The notes: generated from the sequence alone by a model not told the origin. DNA of 20,000 bases from an uncultured virus (IMG/VR IMGVR_UViG_3300027969_000081) (IMGVR_UViG_3300027969_000081); one strand, 5' to 3'. Counted from the first letter of the stretch, positions 8,092 through 16,876 are shown. Numbers and translations: made by a program.

Positions 8092-9272
8092 AGATTTTTG
8101 AAATAGCAACACCTAAGAAAACAATGGTAGTTGAGGCCAAGTCTCGCATTGACCATCCTGAAGATATTATGTTTGATGAAAATGGTCTGGCTGGGGCACA
8201 ACGTGCGCTTTCTGCAATTGTACATTCTGCAACTGATCATGCAGGTACAACTACAATAAAATGGGACGGAAGTCCGGCAGTGATATTTGGTTGGGTTGAT
8301 AAACAGAATTTCATTGTTACAGATAAAGCAGGTATAGGGGCCAAAAAGTATAATGGGCGCCCAACCAATGCTGAGGAAGTTACAGCAATGATCTTTAATA
8401 GAAAACCTGACCAACCAGGGCGTGATGTATATGCACAGCGATTTGGGCAAGTTTATGATTTATTAAAGCGAGCAACACCAAATAGTTTAGTTGGCCAGAT
8501 GATCCAAGGTGATATGTTATGGATGGATAATTCAGATATTTCAACCACTAATGATGTTGTTAATTTTAAAGCGAACAAAATTCCATACAGCGTTGACAGC
8601 GGCATTGACCTTGGCAAGAAGATTGCCAGAAGTAAAGCAGGAATTGTTGTACATAGTGTGTTTCCCACGGTTGACGAAGCAGCCAGTGCAGAAGGAGAAC
8701 CAGTACCTACAACACCAGTTCAATTAGGTCTTAAAGATGTACCTGGCCTTGTAGTTGTAGGACCAGAAACAAAAATTGCCAGCGATGTGAAAATTAAATT
8801 ACCCAAGGCTGAGATAGAAAAAGTCAAGGCTTTAATTTCAAGCCCTGCGGCACAACGTATCAATGACATGCTAGATCCGTTTACAATTGGAAATTTAAAA
8901 ATCTCCAATTTTCCAGATATTTTTAAAAGTTTCATTAATTACAAGGCCGGACAAGGTCAAGAAATTACAAACGGTAATGCCATTGCAAATGAATTCATTA
9001 ATTGGGTAAAAGGCCCAAGCGGCTTAACAGCAAACAAACAAGAAAATGTGTTAAAACATATTAATGAGTTCAACGATGCATTCCACACAGCCTGGGACAT
9101 TGTTGCAGGGATTACAATAGTTAAACATAAAATTAAAGACCAATTGGATAAGCTATCAGGCCAAAGTCAAGATTCAATTCGAACAGCACAAGGCCACGAG
9201 GGGTTTGTATCTGCTACACCACACGGTAAAATTAAATATGTTAACCGTCCAGTGTTCATGAAAAAAGGTTAA
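8088..9272 (+). CDS. RNA-ligase-like nucleotidyltransferase-fold protein (possibly DUF6267 family)
   Basis: Motif I TIKWDG, motif III-like IQGDML, motif IV HEGFV, motif V KIKYVNR; N-terminal HPED. Confidence 0.65.
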   Translation: MKIFEIATPKKTMVVEAKSRIDHPEDIMFDENGLAGAQRALSAIVHSATDHAGTTTIKWDGSPAVIFGWVDKQNFIVTDKAGIGAKKYNGRPTNAEEVTAMIFNRKPDQPGRDVYAQRFGQVYDLLKRATPNSLVGQMIQGDMLWMDNSDISTTNDVVNFKANKIPYSVDSGIDLGKKIARSKAGIVVHSVFPTVDEAASAEGEPVPTTPVQLGLKDVPGLVVVGPETKIASDVKIKLPKAEIEKVKALISSPAAQRINDMLDPFTIGNLKISNFPDIFKSFINYKAGQGQEITNGNAIANEFINWVKGPSGLTANKQENVLKHINEFNDAFHTAWDIVAGITIVKHKIKDQLDKLSGQSQDSIRTAQGHEGFVSATPHGKIKYVNRPVFMKKG

Positions 9273-9274
9273 AC

Positions 9275-10024
9275 ATGGAAGATTTTAGTTTTATCAAAGA
9301 AAACTGCAATGAAAGCAAGATGTTCCGCAATAATAGTTTAAGTCAACTTACATTGCGCGATGCGGCTGACAGTGTTTTTTTAAATTTATTAACATTATAC
9401 TTGTTAAGTAAAGAATTTGAAACACGACCATTTGCACAAGATTATGCAACTAGAACGATTGGGTTTGGAAATTTTACAAGGCCTCGGGTAAGCGGAACTG
9501 ACCTTTATCAAGGTTTGCACATTATCACAAACCCCGGAAGCAACACCGCACAGATGCTAAAAGCAACAGAACAAAATTCAGTTTTGTCATCCCAGCTTCA
9601 TACAAATGTTAAAATGGTAAAAGATTTTCTTCATGGTATATCATATGGCAACATTGATAGAACTACTGCAATTAGATTAATGTATAGGATAGAAGGACAA
9701 ATGGGAGTTGATGTTAGTAATTACAAAAGCCTGCGCCGATTAATTACAGATTGGGAAAACTTGTCATCGCACCAACGTCAGTTATGTGTAACTAGATTAT
9801 TGCAATATTATAGAGTTCGTGGAAAACGAAGCGACTTATTACCAATGATTGAGAATCTTGCTAGAAACAAAAACTGGGAATTAGAAACATCACATAATGC
9901 TGAAGTGTCAGCATTTGGGGCTGGTGTAGTTTCTGGATCAAGAAGCAGTAACGGATTCTTGTCAAGTGTTGCCAAAGTGGGTGCCGCTGCCGCAATTGGA
10001 TATGCAGTCGGTAGGCATATTTAA
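9275..10024 (+). CDS. Hypothetical protein with C-terminal Gly/Ala-rich hydrophobic helix
   Basis: 249 aa; AAGG RBS upstream; ends VAKVGAAAAIGYAVGRHI. Confidence 0.75.
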   Translation: MEDFSFIKENCNESKMFRNNSLSQLTLRDAADSVFLNLLTLYLLSKEFETRPFAQDYATRTIGFGNFTRPRVSGTDLYQGLHIITNPGSNTAQMLKATEQNSVLSSQLHTNVKMVKDFLHGISYGNIDRTTAIRLMYRIEGQMGVDVSNYKSLRRLITDWENLSSHQRQLCVTRLLQYYRVRGKRSDLLPMIENLARNKNWELETSHNAEVSAFGAGVVSGSRSSNGFLSSVAKVGAAAAIGYAVGRHI

Positions 10025-10027
10025 TTT

Positions 10028-10447
10028 ATGTCAGAAAAAAAATCCTGGTCAGTTCCTGGGGCACATTTTGGATCCGATCCTGAATTCTTTACTGCTTGGA
10101 CATTGTACGACATTGGACCACTAAGCGAAGGCAGTAGAGAAAATCTTAATAATTTAATGCGAGTAATTAATAGCAGGGGACAACCATTGCTGGCTGGAAT
10201 TGAGTGCATTGAGAATCAAGATATTGACAACAGTTTGTTTGGCGAAAATTTAAATGGTCTAAATCGAGTTTGGTGCTTCAAGTGGATTGCCAGTGCCATT
10301 GGTCAAATGTCTGAAGAAACCCTTACATCCGAAGCCCATGGATTACAAATGGTTACTGGACTAAATGAAACGTTACCATTAAATGGTACCATTTTAACAA
10401 ATGGACCAGACAAAAATACGTTTTTTATCCGCCACGATTCTTTTTAA
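10028..10447 (+). CDS. Hypothetical protein
   Basis: 139-aa ORF 3 nt after the upstream stop. Confidence 0.7.
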   Translation: MSEKKSWSVPGAHFGSDPEFFTAWTLYDIGPLSEGSRENLNNLMRVINSRGQPLLAGIECIENQDIDNSLFGENLNGLNRVWCFKWIASAIGQMSEETLTSEAHGLQMVTGLNETLPLNGTILTNGPDKNTFFIRHDSF

Positions 10448-10452
10448 TTTAG

Positions 10453-10459
10453 CTAAATA
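10453..10459 (+). promoter_or_regulatory. Putative late promoter (CTAAATA)
   Basis: TAAATA core at the start of the longest intergenic region. Confidence 0.55.
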
Positions 10460-10495
10460 TAATTGAAACACAAACGTCACTTATAACTCACCTAG

Positions 10496-10571
10496 GCTCA
10501 TTTTGTTAGATTTAACCACAGTAAGCTAGAGCTTGGCTGTGATTTACCAATGATAGTAACCTGAAATGAGC
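10496..10571 (+). promoter_or_regulatory. Candidate structured 5' leader RNA sequestering the start codon
   Basis: GCTCATTTT (10496-10504) pairs with GAAATGAGC (10563-10571, contains the ATG); GTTA pairs with TAAC; inner hairpin at 10517-10541. Confidence 0.5.
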
Positions 10572-10859
10572 GACGTACCAATTACCGAAAACACAAGCCT
10601 TGAGATGCATGTTGAACTATGTGCAGAGAGGTATAAACGATTAGAAGAAAAATTCGACCTAGTAGAGAGTAGAATTGACCACTTACATGTTGATTTCTCA
10701 TCGTTTAAAGCAGAAAATCAAAAAAATCTGTCTGAAATTAAAACTATGTTAACCAATGCCAAAGATGAAAAATTTAAAATCATGGTTACATCAACAGCAA
10801 CCGTTATTGTTGGACTGCTAGCTATGTTAGGATATGTTATTATTCATTTAACAAAATAA
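10566..10859 (+). CDS. Small coiled-coil protein with a single C-terminal transmembrane helix (holin/XhlA-like architecture)
   Basis: Heptads (YKRLEEKFDLVESRIDHL) followed by hydrophobic IMVTSTATVIVGLLAMLGYVIIHL. Confidence 0.7.
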   Translation: MSDVPITENTSLEMHVELCAERYKRLEEKFDLVESRIDHLHVDFSSFKAENQKNLSEIKTMLTNAKDEKFKIMVTSTATVIVGLLAMLGYVIIHLTK

Positions 10860-10886
10860 TTAAGAACAATAACACATCCTAAGGCA

Positions 10887-10893
10887 CTAAATA
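10887..10893 (+). promoter_or_regulatory. Putative late promoter (CTAAATA)
   Basis: TAAATA core followed by GGAG RBS (10901-10904) and ATG 10911. Confidence 0.6.
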
Positions 10894-10910
10894 ACATATC
10901 GGAGAACACT

Positions 10911-11528
10911 ATGAAATTTAACGACATTACAATTACAAAAACACCAGCACAAGCGGCCCGCCGCGCACTACGTAAAGAAAGCATCGTAGTAGAAAATATC
11001 AGTGGACGACGTCTACGTGAAGAATTAGCTAAAGTTAAAACTGAAATTGACACACTAGCAAGTCGAAGCGGCGTAAATTATGCTCGTGCTGTTTTACATA
11101 AAGAAATTTATGAAGAAATGGCTCGTGTTAATCCTTTAACAGAAGCTGAAATTGAAGACGCAGATATTGAACAGGCTGAAGTTGTAATCGCCGCAAGAGG
11201 AATGAATAAGAAGTTCCAGGACATGATCGAAGATGTAGCAGATATGTTAGGAAGCGACATGATTGCATTAGTGGATCAAATTAAACAACGATTTGGCGAT
11301 GGTGCAGGCGAGCAGTATGCTACCACAGTTAAAACAGCTCTCGAAGGTGCAATTGATACGTTGACACAAACTAAAGATTCTTTAGACAGTGCAATCAGTT
11401 CTTTACAGTCCGGTCAATCTGAAATCATGCCACCAGAAGGCGAAGAAAACAACGCTCCAATATTCCCAAGTAGCACAGGTCCTGAATCGGAGCCTACTGG
11501 CAGGGAGATTAAGAGTGAAGTTGAATGA
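10911..11528 (+). CDS. Acidic coiled-coil protein, candidate prohead core/scaffold-like or internal protein
   Basis: 205 aa; starts MKFNDI; Glu-rich helices; Pro/Glu-rich disordered C-tail. Confidence 0.7.
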   Translation: MKFNDITITKTPAQAARRALRKESIVVENISGRRLREELAKVKTEIDTLASRSGVNYARAVLHKEIYEEMARVNPLTEAEIEDADIEQAEVVIAARGMNKKFQDMIEDVADMLGSDMIALVDQIKQRFGDGAGEQYATTVKTALEGAIDTLTQTKDSLDSAISSLQSGQSEIMPPEGEENNAPIFPSSTGPESEPTGREIKSEVE

Positions 11529-11856
11529 ATTAGCCGTAGCTGATAATAACTTTGCAAATGCAGTTAAGATGCTAGTTATTAAAGCACAAAGTGATGGCAA
11601 AGCTGAAATTCCCATGAAAGAGTTAGTTCAAAGTCTAAACAACATGGGATTTTCTGCTAGCGGTCAGGTTAATTCAATTCGCGGCCTTATTGCAACATTT
11701 AAGGCAAAAAACCCTAATCTTGTAGCGGATGTAAACAATGATAAAGTCATTATTACCAAGACACCAGGTGCCGACACTATGCAACAGGCACAATCAAACA
11801 AAGAAAAAGTTTCAAGTGATGCAACTAAACAAGCTCGTAAGGATCTAGGACTATGA
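11515..11856 (+). CDS. Hypothetical protein
   Basis: GTG at 11515 (MKLNELA...) with GGGAG RBS at 11503-11507 is more plausible than the track start at 11389. Confidence 0.7.
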   Translation: MKLNELAVADNNFANAVKMLVIKAQSDGKAEIPMKELVQSLNNMGFSASGQVNSIRGLIATFKAKNPNLVADVNNDKVIITKTPGADTMQQAQSNKEKVSSDATKQARKDLGL

Positions 11857-12200
11857 GCCGTATAATGTTAACTGCTGCCGAAGCAAGAGTAAAGAGCCTA
11901 CAAGATATTTTTGTTATTCGAGAAATACGCGACATCGAAGAAGAAATCTTAGTGGCAAGTTCAAATGGCGATGTTGAAGTTGTTATATCAAACACCAGCA
12001 CAATGACAAAAAATTCCGTAAATACAGGATATGCATTGGCCGCAGAATATTATGATACATGGATTGGTGCCCGTGAGGACCGCCAAAAAAACTTACAAAT
12101 GGAAAAGATCATCAAGTACTTTTCTGATTTAGGCTATACAATTGACCGCCAAACTAACCCAACTACTCAAACTACCTTTCAATGGGTTGTAGCCTGGTAA
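11853..12200 (+). CDS. Hypothetical protein
   Basis: 115 aa, ATGA overlap with the upstream gene, AGGA RBS; ends LGYTIDRQ...FQWVVAW. Confidence 0.75.
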   Translation: MSRIMLTAAEARVKSLQDIFVIREIRDIEEEILVASSNGDVEVVISNTSTMTKNSVNTGYALAAEYYDTWIGAREDRQKNLQMEKIIKYFSDLGYTIDRQTNPTTQTTFQWVVAW

Positions 12201-12208
12201 AATAATAT

Positions 12209-12237
12209 TTGACAATATCGTTAAAGTTCGTTATACT
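12209..12237 (+). promoter_or_regulatory. Sigma70-type early promoter
   Basis: TTGACA (12209-12214), 17-bp spacer, TATACT (12232-12237); AT-rich upstream. Confidence 0.8.
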
Positions 12238-12245
12238 GAACAACG

Positions 12246-12932
12246 ATGATAACGTTTAATTCAACTAAATTTAATTACAAACCGCTTACAAGAGTAGATG
12301 GACCATCAAGGTTATATGCTACTCCCGATGGACTTAGGTTACCCAGTGTTACAACAATTCTAGATCGAACCAAATCTGAAGAAAAGAAGCAGGCTTTGGC
12401 CAATTGGAAAAAGCGAGTCGGTGAAGTCAAGGCGCAAGAAATTGTAACCGAAGCAGCCGGCCGTGGCACACGTATGCACAAGTGGCTAGAGAACTATGTA
12501 AAAACGGGTGAAACAGGAGACCCAGGTAGCAATCCTTATAGTATTCAAAGCCATCAAATGGCACATACCATTATTGAACAGGGATTAGTTAATTGCAGTG
12601 AAGCCTGGGGCACAGAAGTACAACTGTATTTTCCAGGCTTATATGCAGGCACCACTGATCTAGTAGGAATCCATAATGGTGATGAAGCAATTATGGATCA
12701 TAAGCAAACCAATAAACTTAAAAAGAAAGAATGGATTGAAGATTATTTTATCCAAACTACAGCCTATGCATTAGCGCACAATGAAGTTTGGGGCACAAAT
12801 ATTCGTAAAGGAGTTATCTTTATGTGTAGTGCAGACAACATTTATCAGGAATTTATCATTGAAGGGGCTGAGTTTGATCATTACCATGACCTATGGTTAC
12901 AACGAGTAGAACAGTATTATAAGTCGAGGTAA
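12246..12932 (+). CDS. PD-(D/E)XK exonuclease (RecB/Cas4-like phage exonuclease)
   Basis: PSVTTIL, RGTRMH, E...YAGTTDL...IMDHKQ, QTTAYA motifs. Confidence 0.85.
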   Translation: MITFNSTKFNYKPLTRVDGPSRLYATPDGLRLPSVTTILDRTKSEEKKQALANWKKRVGEVKAQEIVTEAAGRGTRMHKWLENYVKTGETGDPGSNPYSIQSHQMAHTIIEQGLVNCSEAWGTEVQLYFPGLYAGTTDLVGIHNGDEAIMDHKQTNKLKKKEWIEDYFIQTTAYALAHNEVWGTNIRKGVIFMCSADNIYQEFIIEGAEFDHYHDLWLQRVEQYYKSR

Positions 12933-12935
12933 GTA
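12929..12935 (+). promoter_or_regulatory. Putative late promoter (GTAAGTA)
   Basis: TAAGTA variant overlapping the nuclease stop, 5 nt before GTG 12941. Confidence 0.4.
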
Positions 12936-12940
12936 TTGCT

Positions 12941-13390
12941 GTGAATCGTACTACAGAACATTGGTTCCTTGACAGGCAAGGAAAATTATTGGCATGGAGA
13001 GATTGGCGTTCCCAACTTCTTAATATGTCACCTGAAGATGCTTATAAAGAAGTTGCTGAATGGTGGGGACTAGTTCCAATGATCAGCAGAGGTATTGATC
13101 CGTGGAATCACGATACTTGGCCAACTCCCTGGGAGTTAGTAGTTCGAGGACAATTTTGTCCAAGTGGACAAGGACTGGGTATGTACTACAGTTTAATCTT
13201 AGCCGGATTTGACTGCAAGCTAATTCTAGCAATATTAAACGAAGAAACACAACCACGATTGATGGTATTATTGCCCAATAATAAATTATTAAATTATTAT
13301 CACAATCACATCGTTCCTCTCGACGAGGCAGATATACAACTTCTAAATTCTTGGACACCTGTTGATCTTCCAAATTTAATTAAAGTGTAA
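12941..13390 (+). CDS. Hypothetical protein, transglutaminase-like cysteine protease (BTLCP)-like fold, possibly inactive
   Basis: DTWPTPWELVVRGQFC...GMYYSLILAG resembles BTLCP DYW.TP.E.l..g.GDCED.ai.KY..L...G. Confidence 0.55.
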   Translation: MNRTTEHWFLDRQGKLLAWRDWRSQLLNMSPEDAYKEVAEWWGLVPMISRGIDPWNHDTWPTPWELVVRGQFCPSGQGLGMYYSLILAGFDCKLILAILNEETQPRLMVLLPNNKLLNYYHNHIVPLDEADIQLLNSWTPVDLPNLIKV

Positions 13391-13413
13391 ACATATTACG
13401 CCATGGTCTAAGG

Positions 13414-13420
13414 TTAAGTA
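13414..13420 (+). promoter_or_regulatory. Putative late-type promoter (TTAAGTA) upstream of nrdA
   Basis: TAAGTA variant in the intergenic region before nrdA. Confidence 0.35.
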
Positions 13421-13448
13421 TATGACTTAACTGTAGCAGGCAAACTAA

Positions 13449-15767
13449 ATGGATAATCAAAACAAAATGAGTAAAAGTTCAATTTATGTCGTAAAAAGAG
13501 ATGGTCGTAAAGAGCCTCTAGACATTAATAAAATTCACCTAATGGCAGAGGAGGCCTGCGAAGGTCTAGCTGGTGTTAGTGTAAGTCAAATTGAGATGAA
13601 TGCAGATTTACAATTTCGCGACGGAATCAGCTCAGCTGAAATTCAAGAAATTTTAATTCGTAGTGCAAGTGATCTAATTAGCTTAGACAAGCCTAACTAT
13701 CAGTATGCTGCCGCTCGACTACTACTTTACGGATTGCGTAAAGATGTATTTGGACAGTTTGATTATATTCCACTGTACGAGCTGGTAAACAATAATGTTA
13801 AACGTGGAGTATATGATGCAGAGTTATTGTCTTTGTATACTGAAGCTGATTGGCGCCAACTTGATGTTTACATTAACCATGAGAGAGATCTTGATTTTAC
13901 GTATGCAGGTATGCGTCAAGTGGTTGACAAGTATCTTGTTCAAGATCGTAGTAATGGGCATATCTACGAAACACCACAGTACATGTACATGATGATTGCC
14001 GCAACGCTGTTTGCAACATATCCAGCCGACAAGAGACTAAGTTTTATTCGTCGTTATTACGATGCTATCTCTACGTTCAAGATCAACATTCCTACTCCTG
14101 TTATGAGTGGTGTACGTACACCTATTCGTCAGTTTGCTAGTTGCGTATTGGTTGATGTTGACGACACACTACCTTCAATCTTTAACAGTAGTTCCGCCGT
14201 TGGTTATTACATTGCTCAACGTGCTGGCATTGGCTTGAATGTTGGTCGTGTTCGTGCCATTAATTCTAAGATTCGCGGCGGCGAAGTTGCACACACTGGT
14301 GTTATTCCTTTCTTAAAAGTATTTGAATCTGTTGTGCGTAGTTGCACACAAAATGGTGTTCGCGGCGGTAGTGCTACAGTACACTTTCCAATCTGGCACA
14401 AAGAAATTGGCGATGTTGTTGTTCTTAAAAACAACAAAGGTACAGAAGACAATCGAGTACGACGTTTAGATTACTCAATACAGTTGAGCAAGCTCTTTTA
14501 CGAACGTTTACTTTCTGATGGTAATATTACATTGTTTTCCCCACACGATGTTCCTGGGCTGTATGAAGCATTTGGAAACAATGATGTATTTGATCCATTG
14601 TATGTCAAGTACGAAAATGATGCAAGCATTAGCAAAAAAACAGTCAAGGCAATGGCCTTGTTCGGTGAGTTGCTAAAGGAACGTGCTGAGACTGGACGCA
14701 TCTATATTATGAATATTGATCATTGCAACAGTCATAGTAGTTTTCAAGACATGGTGCGTATGAGTAACTTGTGTCAAGAAATCACATTACCAACAGACCC
14801 TATTCAAACATTAGATGATGAGAACGGTGAAATTGCTCTTTGTATTCTAAGTGCAATCAATGTAGGAAACTTACGCGAACTCGATGACTTAAAAAACTTA
14901 ACAGATTTAGCAGTTCGTGCGCTAGATCAAATTATTGATTACCAACGTTATCCAGTTATTGCCGCAGAGATTAGTACCAAGGCTCGTCGTAGTCTTGGTA
15001 TAGGTTACATTGGGTTGGCACATTATCTTGCCAAACGTGGATTTAAATACAGCGATAGTGATGCCGCGCAAGCAGTAAATCGTTTAACAGAAGCATTCCA
15101 ATTTTATCTAATTAGAGCAAGTGTACAATTGGCTAAGGAAAAAGGCCGTTGCGATTATTTTGATCGTACAAAATATGCACAGGGTATTTTACCTATTGAT
15201 ACCTACAAGCGCGATATTGATGAATTCTTAGGAACAGAATTACATTATGACTGGGAAGCCCTGCGCCGAGAAATTGCAGAGCATGGCATGCGCCATAGTA
15301 CACTATCTGCACAAATGCCAAGTGAGTCCAGCTCTGTAGTAAGCAATGAAACTAACGGTATTGAGCCTCCACGTGCGGCAATGAGTACAAAGAAATCTAA
15401 AAAAGGCCCATTGAAGCAAATTGTTCCACAGTACAATAGTCTAAAGAATTTCTATTCTTATTTGTATGAAGAAGGTGTGCAAGATGGATATGTTCGTATT
15501 GTTGCCGCAATGCAGAAATATTTTGATCAGGCCATCTCAGGCAACTGGTCGTACAATCCAAAACATTATCCAAACAATGAAGTACCAATGAGCGTAATGT
15601 TCAAAGATCTTTTAACCACATACAAGTTGGGATGGAAGACCAGTTACTATCAGAATACATATGACATGAAAGGTGAAGATGAAGATGACATTTCCAATGT
15701 ACAAGAATCTTTACAATTATTACAACCACTTGATGACGCAGAAAACTGCGAAGCTTGTACAATTTAA
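13449..15767 (+). CDS. nrdA: Ribonucleotide reductase class Ia alpha subunit with ATP cone
   Basis: ATP cone VVKRDG; PTPVM; QFASCVL; catalytic SNLCQEI; MPSESSS; KTSYY; C-terminal CEAC. Start may be 13467 (MSKS). Confidence 0.98.
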   Translation: MDNQNKMSKSSIYVVKRDGRKEPLDINKIHLMAEEACEGLAGVSVSQIEMNADLQFRDGISSAEIQEILIRSASDLISLDKPNYQYAAARLLLYGLRKDVFGQFDYIPLYELVNNNVKRGVYDAELLSLYTEADWRQLDVYINHERDLDFTYAGMRQVVDKYLVQDRSNGHIYETPQYMYMMIAATLFATYPADKRLSFIRRYYDAISTFKINIPTPVMSGVRTPIRQFASCVLVDVDDTLPSIFNSSSAVGYYIAQRAGIGLNVGRVRAINSKIRGGEVAHTGVIPFLKVFESVVRSCTQNGVRGGSATVHFPIWHKEIGDVVVLKNNKGTEDNRVRRLDYSIQLSKLFYERLLSDGNITLFSPHDVPGLYEAFGNNDVFDPLYVKYENDASISKKTVKAMALFGELLKERAETGRIYIMNIDHCNSHSSFQDMVRMSNLCQEITLPTDPIQTLDDENGEIALCILSAINVGNLRELDDLKNLTDLAVRALDQIIDYQRYPVIAAEISTKARRSLGIGYIGLAHYLAKRGFKYSDSDAAQAVNRLTEAFQFYLIRASVQLAKEKGRCDYFDRTKYAQGILPIDTYKRDIDEFLGTELHYDWEALRREIAEHGMRHSTLSAQMPSESSSVVSNETNGIEPPRAAMSTKKSKKGPLKQIVPQYNSLKNFYSYLYEEGVQDGYVRIVAAMQKYFDQAISGNWSYNPKHYPNNEVPMSVMFKDLLTTYKLGWKTSYYQNTYDMKGEDEDDISNVQESLQLLQPLDDAENCEACTI

Positions 15768-15775
15768 GGACAACT

Positions 15776-16876
15776 ATGTCAGCAACAGTTTTTAATCAAA
15801 CCAAAGTGGATTTTACTAAACAACCTATGTTTTTTGGTGAATCTCTTAATGCACAACGATTTGATACATTCAAATATCCTGTGTTTGATAAATTGACTCA
15901 AACACAATTGGGATATTTCTGGCGCCCAGAAGAAGTATCATTACAAAAAGACCGTAGTGACTATATGGACTTCCGCGATGAACAAAAGTTTATCTTTACC
16001 GCAAATTTAAAATATCAAATCTTGCTTGATTCAGTACAAGGCCGTGCCCCAGCCATGGCATTTATGCCTTACTGTTCATTACCAGAGCTTGAAGGTTGTA
16101 TGAATGCATGGCAGTTCTTTGAGAACATTCACAGTCGTAGCTATACACATATTATTAAGAACATCTACAGCAATCCAAGTGAAGTATTTGATACGTTGCT
16201 TGATGATGCCAAGATTATGGCTCGCGCAAAGTCTGTGACAAAAAGCTATGACGAATTCATTGATGCCGCTCAACAATTTACTGTAGCAGGTAAGGGAACA
16301 ATGCATGATGTCAAGACAAAATTGTTCCTGGCAATGGTAAATGTTAATGCATTAGAAGCACTTAGATTTTATGTTTCATTTGCTTGCAGTTTTGCCTTTG
16401 GCGAATTAAAGAAGATGGAAGGCTCGGCAAAGATTATTAGTTTGATTGCTCGCGATGAAAGTCAGCATTTAAGTATCACAAGTCACATTATCAAGAATTG
16501 GTTTAAAGGTGATGATCCAGAAATGCAAGAAATTGCAAATGCAAATCTTGGTGCTATTGGAGACATTTATGACTTGGTTGTCGAAGAAGAGAAAGACTGG
16601 GCCAATTATTTGTTTAGTAAAGGCGCAATTGTTGGCCTAAACGGAAAACTATTACATCAGTATGTTGAATATATTGCAAATCGTCGACTAAAGGGATTAG
16701 GTGTAGAATCGCGATACGGTCGTAGTGCTAATGACAATCCATTACCATGGACAGAACACTGGACAAGTAGCAAAGGCCTACAGGTAGCTCCTCAGGAAAC
16801 TGAAATTGAATCATATGTGATTGGTGGAATTAAACAAGATGTCAGTAAAGATACCTTCGCTGGATTCAAACTCTGA
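15776..16876 (+). CDS. nrdB: Ribonucleotide reductase class Ia beta subunit
   Basis: FWRPEEV, LLDSVQGR, ENIHSRSY (radical Tyr), LEALRFYVSF, RDESQH, VAPQETEIESY; ATG 15776 with AAGGA RBS. Confidence 0.98.
   Translation: MSATVFNQTKVDFTKQPMFFGESLNAQRFDTFKYPVFDKLTQTQLGYFWRPEEVSLQKDRSDYMDFRDEQKFIFTANLKYQILLDSVQGRAPAMAFMPYCSLPELEGCMNAWQFFENIHSRSYTHIIKNIYSNPSEVFDTLLDDAKIMARAKSVTKSYDEFIDAAQQFTVAGKGTMHDVKTKLFLAMVNVNALEALRFYVSFACSFAFGELKKMEGSAKIISLIARDESQHLSITSHIIKNWFKGDDPEMQEIANANLGAIGDIYDLVVEEEKDWANYLFSKGAIVGLNGKLLHQYVEYIANRRLKGLGVESRYGRSANDNPLPWTEHWTSSKGLQVAPQETEIESYVIGGIKQDVSKDTFAGFKL

Noticed and set aside
10448..10565. tRNA gene in the longest intergenic region
   Set aside because: No cloverleaf, T-loop GTTC or acceptor stem; reported instead as a structured leader
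12246..12932. Cas4 / CRISPR-Cas system
   Set aside because: No repeat-spacer array or other cas genes seen, and no Cas4 Fe-S cysteine cluster; an ordinary phage PD-(D/E)XK exonuclease
13449..16876. Introns, inteins or homing endonucleases in nrdA/nrdB
   Set aside because: Both ORFs are uninterrupted, of normal length and only 8 nt apart
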